A stretch of 64,000 bases of DNA, from positions 49,950,940 to 50,014,939 of the forward strand of contig NC_068993.1 in the NCBI RefSeq assembly GCF_001194135.2, in the 5' to 3' direction. Numbering within the stretch: position 1 is the stretch's first letter; each line of letters starts with the position of its first letter. The notes under the pieces are model-generated. The model saw only the letters and a list, made by a program, of their open reading frames with translations. It was not told the DNA's origin and did no database searches. Positions 53,304-64,000 of this stretch are shown in pieces. The translations under genes and the position numbers were made by a program. The DNA is from Octopus bimaculoides (taxonomy: Eukaryota).

Positions 53304-54539
53304 TTAATCTACTACCAGCTGATAGAGATAAGCATCAAAATTTGTTTCATTATTTCATTTATGTCAGTAAGTTATTGGTTTGGTTTTATGTCACTCATCT
53401 GTTTCTCATTGAGATTTCATTTCATTTTTATATTTGTATATTTGTTAATAAGGCGAGGGAATGAGGGCTTAGGTTTCAAATTCTTCTATCTGACATTTGC
53501 TCTAATGATACTTGTATTAATTTATTTAGTAATAAAGTTTTGACATGATGTATAAGAAATATGACTATTAGATTATTTTTATTGTAGGAATTAATGAAAT
53601 TAATTCCTGTTTCCTATAGAATATGCTTTTGAATTGCCACCTCAGTCGACCAAAAAGTTTCTACCTTAGTTAACTAAAAACATTGCCAGGTCAGTCAGTT
53701 ATGTCTTCTAATGTTTCCGTTTCCATCTAGTAAGCTTTCTAATGTTATCGGTACCATCTACTAACTAATGAAGAAGTTTTTATTTTAAACAAAATAGGAT
53801 ATGTTGGACATTGTAGTCACCAATTTAAAAATTTTTTTTTTATATTTATTATTTTCTAAAGTAGTTATCAACTAGGTTTTCTAAAGTTGCTAACAACCTT
53901 TGTCACCTCCTTTTTTGAAGTTGCTACTCCCTCTAATAAATTTTTGTAATGCCTGGCCTCTAACTTTCATGTATTTGCCAGCCCTATCTCTTACATTTTC
54001 TGAAATTACCAGATCCAACTATTAACTTTTCTAAAGTGTTATGTTTTGTAAAGTTATCAGTTCCAACAGTTAAATTACCACTTCCATCTGTTGAGTTTTC
54101 TTAAGTTGTTAGCTCCAGCTATCAAGTTTTCTAAAATGGTCGGTAGCATCTTTCATTCTTTGACTCTTATCTGCTAAAGAGCTTTTGGTTCTTTCCATAA
54201 AATCACTTGCAAATATATAATATTTGATGATAGTTACAAATAAATGTAAGAGACAAGGAGGTTGATAGATCTTGGTGTGAATATTATACTTGTTTATCAT
54301 GCTTACATCATCACACTAAGAAATAGACGAAATTCTTGTTTTTTTTTTCTTTGTGCATTTCTTTTTTCCTCCTTTTCTTCCAGTTGTTCTGAGATTGTCA
54401 TTTCCCAAGAAATGATTTCTCTGATTTTATCAGTAACCAACTAATGAGTCTTCATGAGATTCTGGTTGGACAAAGAATTTGAATTTTCTATGAGGATATG
54501 TGTGTGGGTAAGGTACATGGATAGCTCAGTGGAGAGATA

Positions 54540-54760
54540 TCAAGTGCTAGCAGTTATAAGTCTATGAAGTAGTTGAAGAGAAGGTAGGTCTAAATTAACA
54601 AAAATCTTTAGGTGATGTTTGTGAGCAGAACATTGTAGGAGTGTATGTTGGGAGGGGATATGTTGGAGTAGCATTGCTTTGACAATGACACGATAGAAGT
54701 CAATGAGGCTAGATGTTGAAGGAAGGAGTAGTTTTTAAGTTGACAAGTTTCTGTCTGATG
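54540..54760 (-). mobile_element. Possible very old CR1/L2 LINE 3' fragment
   Basis: Minus translation FYRVIVKAMLL...NLDLPSLQLLHRL loosely resembles LYxxIVRPxLEY...LDLPSLQxRRL. Confidence 0.35.
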
Positions 54761-55951
54761 GTCTGGATGACATGTACAAAGCTTGTTCTTTATTTGTAGA
54801 TTCTTTTGAATAGTTTTAAAAATCAGTTCTGGATCACAGATGGAGTCTATTCTGACAAATCAGCTCTTGACAGACAATTGGGATTTTGGCAGTATGTATG
54901 GCCTTAGAACAGAAGAAATACCCCCTCCTCCTACTTACACATACTACCTGCATTCTTCCCTTCTGTTTCCCTCTCTGCATTTCTCACTCCTCTCTCTCTC
55001 TCTCTCTCTCTTCCCTTCTCTCTCTCTCTCTCATGTACTCATCTTTTGGATCACTTGAGAAGAGCAGAAGAAAAGCTAGCAACGATGGGAGCTTGAAAGT
55101 GAGCGTTAGACTGTGCACTGCTCTCCGTTGAGAAGTAAAGGAGGTGGCTTTAGGTTTATGGGAGGAGTGGGTAGAGGATTCTTGAGAGAGAACAAAACGA
55201 AGTCAGTCAGGAAGCTTTTGATGTCATATCAGCAGTGGAAAGGCAACCACTTTAGTTCCACGGTCTGTGACCAATTACCAATATTTTCAAGATTTTTCGA
55301 AACTATCTTTAATCTTTTCAATGCATATGGGCACAAACATACTCATGTTCCAGTGAAGAAGGCAAAGACATCGCCCCACTTCTTTGCTTACTCCCTTCTA
55401 CCTTATTTTCTCTTCTTTCTCCTTTTCTACAGTTAAATTCTAACTTCTCCACATTTCTCTCTCTCTCTCTCTCTTTCTTAATGTCTTATACTCTGTGATT
55501 CAATTGGTTTTAAATCTCATTCTCACAGAACAAAGTTGTTCATCTCTCTTCTTCAGGTTACATATACATATTACATCTACTTGTATTCTGCACAGGCTAT
55601 GCATATACTCACATTCATACATACTAATACATGTGTTTATGTATGCATAATATTATATAGTTATAGATATTAAATATTAAATTATATCTCAAAAGTTTAT
55701 ATATATTAAATTTATAAGCATTAAAAATGTATATATTTATATAAAAATACTCATTAACCAATACAGTATGAAATATTGACACTTAGTGACTGATAATAAT
55801 GATATATTAAATATGTATATACATATGTATGTGTACATCTATACATGTATGTACACATGCATGTATATATGTTTATGTACATATACATACAAGCATATAT
55901 TTAAGTGCACACACACACCCACACACACACAAAAGCATATATGCATTTGTT

Positions 55952-55989
<38 letters not shown>

Positions 55990-56002
55990 CTTTTATTATT
56001 TT

Positions 56003-56371
56003 ATTCTTTTACTTGTTTCAGTCATTTGACTGTGGTCATTCTGCAGCACTGCCTTTAGTTGAACAAATCAACCGCAGGACTTATTCTTTGTAAGCCTAGT
56101 ACTTATTTTATCAGTCTCTTTTGCCGAACTGCTAAGTTATGGGGGCATAAACACGCCAATATCAGTTGTCAAGTGATGGTGGTGGAGACAAACACAGAAA
56201 CACACACACAAATGTATACATATGTATATATATATGACAGGATTCTTTCAGTTTCCCTCTACCAAACCCACTCACAAGGCTTTGGTAAGCCCAAGTCTAT
56301 AGTAGTAGGACTGAACCCGGAACTTTGTGGTTGGGAAGTAAGCTTCTTACCACATAGCTACTCCTGTGCCT
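56003..56371 (-). mobile_element. SINE family A copy with an internal deletion
   Basis: ttttacttgtttcagtcatttgactg...ctttgtaagcctagtacttat...ggactgaacccggaac...cttaccacatagctactcctgtgcct aligns to 23423-23793. Confidence 0.85.
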
Positions 56372-56980
56372 TGTGGACTACATTACACTTTTAAAAGCCA
56401 GAATTGTATTAGATGTCAAATATTGGGAGACTGACATAGAACACTTATAAACATAGAGCACCAGCAGAGCACTGCTATTCTTTATATTGAAAGGTGCACT
56501 CATCTACTGCTGGGCTGTGTTTACATTCTTATTTTACCCACAGTTAGGTTTTGTAATATATAAATGTATTCTGCTCTTCTGATTTACACTCTGTGGTGCA
56601 TAAAAATATTTTTTAATTAATGATCAGCCTTCAAAAGCACAAATATGCAAATTAGGCTGTTCAGTGTGGTAGCTGCATCTTCAAATTACACCTTACTATA
56701 ATTAAAAATGAAGAATAATAGTGTAGCTTTTGATATTTGGTACAACTGGATAACCATAGTTTGGAAGGCATTTGATCATTGGTTTGCTCAGCCAGGATAT
56801 GCCTGGAGTTAACCATCAACCATGCTTATATGAACAGGTTATTGAAATAGGTTTCTGAATATGACTTTTCTTTAAAGATTTGATGCATTTTTGGTTTATG
56901 CAAGAGCAGAACTTTGAAAATACAAAATCTTTGTGAGGGTTTATGTAGATTTGGTAGAAAAGCCTGCTGTTTTAGATGAA

Positions 56981-57021
<41 letters not shown>

Positions 57022-57214
57022 TATCATCTTCACCACCACCATCATCATCATCATCATTATTTAAAATCTGCTTTCTATGATGGCATTAATTTGAGATGGA
57101 AAAAAGGAATGGGCTGATATACATGAAACTGTCACAAACAGATGTTAGGGTCATTTTAATCTTATTGCCTTCAACAGCACAATGACACCGTCATTACACA
57201 TTTCAATAAAACCT

Positions 57215-57820
57215 TGTTTGTAATCTACCTTGAACATAAACAACCAGAATCCTCAAAGACACTACAAATGCTAAGCCTTAGCATCACTGAGGATTTCCAC
57301 TGTCAAAATCATGTCCCCAACATAACAAAGACTGACTGTATCACTAAGACTAGCCTTTCTCTTCTGGAATGGAAAATATTTCAGTTCACAATAGTTACAC
57401 TCTACAGAAAATCAAGTGAGACTGAAAATGGAATACTGTTCGTATATCTGGGGCAATGCTACTACTACATATAGAGATACCATTGACAACATCCAGGAAA
57501 AGGACCATCAAATTGATTGACATGAAGCCATTTGCTTACATATTCCAGCCTCAGACTCACATTCTGTCTCCAAATGCTGCTTTTCCTAATGCTACTATAG
57601 TAGCTTCTGCTCCTTGGAGCTGGCTTATTATGTGCCATCTCCACTTAGGTACTCTTATCATTGTCCCTTTCTGACCATACAGTATCCTCACTAGCCAACT
57701 TTCCCAGTCCTTCCTTTTCAGATCACTGATCCTCTACAATACTCTCACTGTCCATGTTTTTCCTGTTGATGTCATCTTCGAGTTGTTTGACAGACACATC
57801 AACCGTATTCATTTCACCAG
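57215..57820 (+). mobile_element. Decayed 3' end of a CR1/L2/Jockey-group LINE (RT C-terminus)
   Basis: Frameshifted translation includes LQMLSLSITEDFHCQNHV, QVRLKMEYCSYIWGNATTTYRDTIDNIQEK-TIKLID and SQSFLFRSLILYNTLTVHVFPVD...INRI. The RPxMEYCSxIW...LDxIQxRAIRLI pattern is typical of these LINEs. Confidence 0.8.
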
Positions 57821-58961
57821 TCTTGTTGCTTCTGCCAGAGCCAAGGGTACAGTCCTTTGCTTCAAAATATACTATAAAGTACATAAGCAAAATTGGGTCC
57901 TGTCAGTAGGCCTGTTTTAATCTTTTGGTCTCAAATCAATTATGAGATCAAATATATATAATTGGTAGTTTACTAACTGTCTGAAGGTTTTTGTTTCCCT
58001 ATTTCATTTTAGTTCACAGCTCTGAATTTAAACAAAAAGAGTATAAGATTGTGTGATGTTCATGCTTTACTTATTTGCATTATTATTAGCTGCATATATG
58101 AAATAGAAATGTCCAGTTGTTAATGAAATCTATGTCATGTCCTTGGCATTCAAGCATTTAACTCCAACTCAATTGATTTTGAAATATTTTCTGAAAGTTT
58201 TCAAATGGAATTTTCCAAGATTTTATGTATTTTTAATGCACTTTTTGGAACAGTGTTTACAAAGTAATTCATTAAGTGTAAAATTAAGACTGATTTAAAT
58301 GAGTAAACATTTATTTGATAGCATAATTTGCACAGACAAAATATTGAAGACAAATTAGATAATCTGTAGAAGAAAAATTTGGAAACTAACATGTTGTAAG
58401 CTGTGTATGAATATGTATCCATATAAACTTATCTAAATTAAAATTTTAAAATGATCTAATTAGGAATGTTCAAAAATATTAAGAGCAAATTTTGATTAAA
58501 ATTTTTTTTTTTATGTCAAAAAAATCAACAGAAACTTTTAACTCGATCAATAATAAAAAAAAAAAATTCAGAAATTTTCTTTAATTTTTCAGAATATTAA
58601 AAATAAAATTAAGTTCGTTTCAAAACTAAATAATTAGTTGAGTTAAATCAAATTGATATCTTCATAATCACTGCACATAATAATAATGACTATGAAAAAG
58701 AGCTAAAGAGGTTGGTGCTACAGAAATATTATAATGTACAAACTGGAATTATTAAGGTTGGGAATATGTTTTATTCTGGAAGCAAATAATTTCTGTCTTA
58801 GTTGACTTCACTTTCCATCCTTGGACAAGATTGATAAAATGAGTACCAGTCAAATACTGAGGTTGATATAGTTTGTCTTACATCTTTAAAGGTGATGCTC
58901 CAGTATGACCGGAAACTAGTGAAAGAATCATAAAATATAGCCAATGAGAAGAGTGTATCCT

Positions 58962-59280
58962 CTTTCATTTGTTTCAGTCATTGGACTGAGGCCATACCAA
59001 GGAAATGCTTTGAATGGTTTACTCAAATAGATCAACCTCAGTACTTAATGGCACTTGTCCTATTGTTCTCCTTTTGCTTTACCTAACTGAAAAGGTATGA
59101 GGATATAATTAAACCAACACACACTCACTCACACACACGCATGCATGGTTGGCTCCTGCACAGTTTCTGTCTATCAAATTCATTCACAAAGAATTGATTC
59201 GTTGTGCTGTAAAGTGAAACTCAACCTGAAACCACAAGGCTGCAAAGCAAAGTTCTTAAGCACACAGCCAAGCTTGTGCA
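58962..59280 (-). mobile_element. SINE family A, heavily decayed
   Basis: tttgtttcagtcattggactgaggccat...cagtttctgtctatcaaattcattcacaa...aagcacacagcc. Confidence 0.6.
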
Positions 59281-60239
59281 TATAGCTCTCCAAATCTAAT
59301 GGTGTACTAAAGTTATGGCATTAATAAGCACTGGGAATATCAGATCTGCCAATTGAGATTATTAAAAAGACTGAATATCTCAATATTTTATCAGAAATTC
59401 ATCAAATTAATTCAGAAATGCTCCATGAATAATGAAAATTTAGTACCTCATCAGGTTACTGTATTCTGACAGGCTACCTAATTAAGATTAATTAAGTTAA
59501 CCTTTTCTGCACCTTACTTCTAATGAAATACACTGTCTATTTTAAATAATTTTGAAAATAATTAAGAATTTATAGAGATTTAGCAGAGTAAACTAACCTT
59601 TACATTTGTTGGTATATTAAACCTGATGTTTGGAATGTTAACTAAAGATTGCTAGTTAAAATAATAATGAAAGTATCTTAAATAAGACCACTTTAAAATG
59701 AAAAGTGGTTTTTGGTGATTTTTTTTCCCCCCAATATTCAGAGATAATTTTCAGCAGTATAAAAAGGGTTTATGAAGAGTTGAAGGAAAAATAAATGTAT
59801 ACTCTGGAACAAGGCAATGCAGTCAATTAAATTCTCAGATAGTATCAAAGAAATGCTGGAGAACTGTAGTGAGAAATATGGGAGAATTAAAATACTGTAA
59901 ATTTATTGATATTAATAAATAATGAAGAGTAGAACTTAATCGTTAATAGAGACTAAAGAGGGATACACTAAATATTGACTATATTTTATTGTTTATTTCA
60001 AATAAATTCATAGCATAAATTATTCTACTTCTGAACTGTTTCCCAATTGATTTTCAACATCTTTAGCTTTTTTTCTTTTTTTCAAATTGTACTATTATTT
60101 AAAATGTTTCCCATAATTTTAGTTTCTCCTTAATGTTAGCATCTAACAATGTGTGTGAGTGATATTGTTTTTATGTGTGTGTGCACACGTATTTCTATAC
60201 CTATGTACATATATGTGTATGTGGGAGTATGTGTTTGCA

Positions 60240-60435
60240 TGGGCTCTTGTCGAGACATTACATGATGGTTGTCAATCAGCTTCAGTATCGTACAGTGAAG
60301 TTGTTCTTTTCTAGTTTTCAATGAACAATGTCTAGGTATGGAAAGATAGACCCTTGCTTGGAAAAAGGTAAGGGTTGTCAACAGTAATGGTATCCACCTA
60401 TATAAAATCTGCCTCAACAAATTCTGTCTGATCCT
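60240..60435 (+). mobile_element. Decayed RTE-type tail variant
   Basis: cttgcttggaaaaaggtaagggttgtcaacag...aaaatctgcctcaacaaattctgtctga is related to the RTE-tail motif gttaggaagggcatccagc... Confidence 0.5.
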
Positions 60436-60500
60436 TAAAAAAGTATGGTGGTATATGTGAAGTGTATATGTGTGCCTGTGTCAATATATATATGCATATA

Positions 60501-60719
60501 TCATCATCATCATCATTTAACATTCATGGTTCTTGCTTGCATGGGTTGGATGGTTTAACCAAGGCTGGCAAACTGGAAGGCTGCACCAAACTCCAGTCTG
60601 ATTTGGTATGGTTTCTACAGCTGGATGCCCTTCCTAATGCCATCCACTCCAAGAGTGTAATGGGTGCTTTTATGCGCCACAGGCTTGGGTACTATTTGTA
60701 TGACACCAGTATCTGCCAC
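60501..60719 (-). mobile_element. Decayed RTE-type 3' tail, reverse orientation
   Basis: (cat)n followed by ...catgggttgga...ctacagctggatgcccttcctaatgcc... is the reverse complement of 12620-12797. Confidence 0.75.
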
Positions 60720-60775
<56 letters not shown>

Positions 60776-60979
60776 GTATGTATGTATATGAGTGTGTATT
60801 CACATACATACATACATATGATGACGATGGTAACATATATGCAGATAGATATATAAATAAATAGATATAAAATGACAGATTGTCAAGTGTTAGAGCAGTA
60901 GTCAGAATGCCTCATGGTATTTGTTCTGATGCTTTGTGACCTAGTTCAAATCATCCCAAGGTTAAATTTGTCTGTCATA

Positions 60980-61026
<47 letters not shown>

Positions 61027-61769
61027 TCTCTCTCACACGCACACACACATACACATAAAGGAATTTTCTACATATGCAAGACCCACTATTTCTTATGACA
61101 GCAACTCACACACGCAAGTGCATACATACATACATACATACACGCATACATGTTTTGTACATATGGATTTATATAGTTGATATCTTATTATTATTATAAA
61201 AGCCTGGTCAATCCATTGTTACTGTGACCTTCAAAAAACTCAGCTTCAAGACCAAACATGTATAATCAGACATGGTATTCCAAGTAAATATCCGTATCAC
61301 ATCTTTCAAAGTGATTTGTCTTTGGAGACAAGGAGGAAATTCTGTACACTTCTATTTGATGTATTCAGAGCTCCTAAGGAGAGAAAAAAATCCTTTCATG
61401 CAAGTATTCTCACAAGTTATAGGTCTAAAGAAGGTAACTGATATTTAGTTAAAGGATTAAATTTTCCCCTGAAGTGAACCTGTTAATAGGTGAAGAATTA
61501 AAACAGAGGATAAGTATATGAATATAAAAGTACAGATTCATAGTCATAAAAAGAAACAAAGTAGCCAGAAGATAAAATAGTAAGAATTTCTGTAGAGTCG
61601 AATGTATGTAACACAAGAAAATATGCACATACGAAATTTTGGCATTGATGCACTCAGCATTGCATACCTGCATAAACACAGTATGTATTTCATGGTGGTT
61701 GTGACCAGTTAACTTATTGACATGTTTCCATTTACTGAACATTTCAGACTAAACATTTAAATACATCCC

Positions 61770-61990
61770 TAGCTCCAGCAAACTCTTTAAGTATCAGCCT
61801 TTTCTTTGCAGGGTATAGACTACATCCTTTTCTGCCATTTTTAATATGGTTTTTGATTTTTCAAATATCTTCCAGTTGATGTCGTAGCCTACAGCTTTTC
61901 CTGTGAAAAACAAGACTTTACAGATGACCCTTGTTTTAATAATGAATTTATAATTTATTCTGTTCAAAGACATACTCGTATGTTTGTTTT
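61770..61990 (-). mobile_element. Decayed Penelope-like element, C-terminus of the GIY-YIG endonuclease
   Basis: Minus translation gives HTSMSLNRINYK...KAVGYDINWKIFEKSK and, after a frameshift, KNGRKGCSLYPAKKRLIL. This resembles the PLE pattern HxxSF...YxIxWxILEKxKPY.NG.KxCxLCLxEKxxIL. Confidence 0.55.
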
Positions 61991-64000
61991 GTTGTTGGAT
62001 GATGTCCATTGCATGATGCCCTTTTTATTTCTAACCATTTTACCGAGTGTACTGAGTACATTTTACCATACAGCCAGTACAAGAAAGATTTTCTCATTTC
62101 TAGCACAACTTAGTCTCTCTCTCTCTCATACACACATTACAAGTGTGTGTGTTTGTGTGTATATGAGGACTCTAACTTCATAAATATTTCTGTTTCAAAA
62201 AATTTTTTGCCAGAGTATAGTGTACTTGTGTGCACATGTTTACACACACACATGCACACACACACACTATGGAAGACCAAAGTAACTTTATAGGAAATAG
62301 AGTTCATTTTTTATAAATCTATTTTCAAAATTTTTATTCAACATCAGGAAGTTGAATAATAATGTTCCTTAAAAAACACACACACACATACTACACAGCA
62401 ACAACCAAAAAATCTCAAAAAAAAAAGACATTTCACTGTGATGATGTTGATAATGATTTATTTTGAGAGAAAGAGAGAGAGAGAGAGAGAGAGTGAAGGC
62501 TAGTGAAGTGGGTGGAGGGAAGCATTTCTGGCTTTTTGTTGAAAGTTGTTATTAATAAAATTAATAGACAGAAAGTATTAATTGTATAAATAACAACAAT
62601 CACAACACTAACATAATTCATCTTTGTGAATATAATGTAAGGGGAGTGTTTAATACGTGGTTATACACACACACACACACACACACACATAAATACATCA
62701 GGTACCTTTTTTGTATATGTGATTTCATAGAATTCAGATTTCCACCAAGGAATCACGCATGGATGCATTTTCTTTCTCCACTCCAACAACAACCTGTTTC
62801 AAGTACTTATTAACTCTGCATAACTGAATTCCTTTACACACATTTATTATTTTTTTTAATTGTTTTTTTTTTTGTTTTTTTTTTTTGTGAGGGGGAAGAC
62901 ACTTTTTGGTTGGGTGTTTAGTCGGTTGGTTTGTGCATCTGGTTAGGTTTGTCCAGTTTCACCTTTATAACCCGCTGGTGAGTCAGCTTTCACTTGCGAA
63001 CAGTCAATTAATGTAACCAGCAATAGTTAACAGCACTTGTAGCAACTACTAATGTTGTCAGCATCGTCATCATCATCATCATCATCATCATCAGTATTAG
63101 CAACTTTAGTATCATCATAATCATCATTGTCGTCATCTTTATCAACTAAATCATTCTATAAAATGACATTCTATTTGTTCATCTGCACCCCCCACGTACC
63201 CAAGGAACGTTAATGGCTTCAGTCTTACAAGTTCCTCTCGGAAAGCCTGCTCTGTGAAGGCCAATAGACACGGCCCCTTTCCTTCCATTACACCAAAACC
63301 TATAAAAGGAGAGAAAAAGAAATAAAATCAAAAATATACAATTACATGGGTCATTATTTCAGCATCACTGATTGGCTGTCTCTCCTTGGTCATTGACTTT
63401 TCCAGTTCTTTCAGCAATAAAGGAATCAAAAATAATTTCCCTTCTTCCTTTTCTTGCCCACCACACGCTCTTTCAGTGGAGTTTTCTTTGTATAGCCATA
63501 GTTGTCTTTCCTGTATTATTACCTTATCTATTTAATATATACAATGCACCCACTCACACACACAAACAGGAGGGTTGTTCGACATGTTCTCTTTTTATGC
63601 ATGAATACAAAAGTAAATATTACATACATACATATGGGTATGTGTCAGTGAAGGTTTTCAGCTTCCTCTAAGAGGGAACAAAAGCAGAGAAATTCACCTG
63701 TGGGGGAAAATACTCAGGTATATTTTAAGCTGGAATATTGAAATGTTACCTGTAGTTTATTACAGGACAATATCTTTGGGTGTCAGTAGATGACATCATT
63801 GTTCGGGCCCTCTTTATCTGTCATGAGGGAATGTTGTGTGGGTGAATGTCGTTGTCTACTAATACCAAAAGATTGCCTACATGTTTCGAAACTAAGAACA
63901 TTCTCTCTCTCTCTCACTCTCTCTCGCTCTCTCTCTCTCTCTCGCTCTCTCTATCTCTCGCTCTCTCTATCTCTCGCTCTCTCTCTCTCTCTCGCTCTCT

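Overview
AT-rich eukaryotic draft-assembly window (11 N-gaps) dominated by microsatellites and short interspersed repeats. The repeat families resemble those I recall from coleoid cephalopods, most likely an Octopus genome; this is recognition, not a database result. I could not identify any protein-coding gene by homology. Nearly all ORFs in the track are translations of microsatellites or N-runs. Best-supported content: several tRNA-headed SINE families; 3' ends of RTE, CR1/L2/Jockey-group and R4/Dong-type LINEs; a decayed Penelope-like GIY-YIG fragment; a deleted mariner; a piggyBac-type MITE; two adjacent long hairpins; and a non-autonomous DNA transposon (37-bp TIRs, 8-bp TSD) carrying a perfect 40-bp head-to-head telomeric palindrome. 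A few splice-site-bounded candidate exons, including a possible 43-aa microprotein, are given at low confidence.
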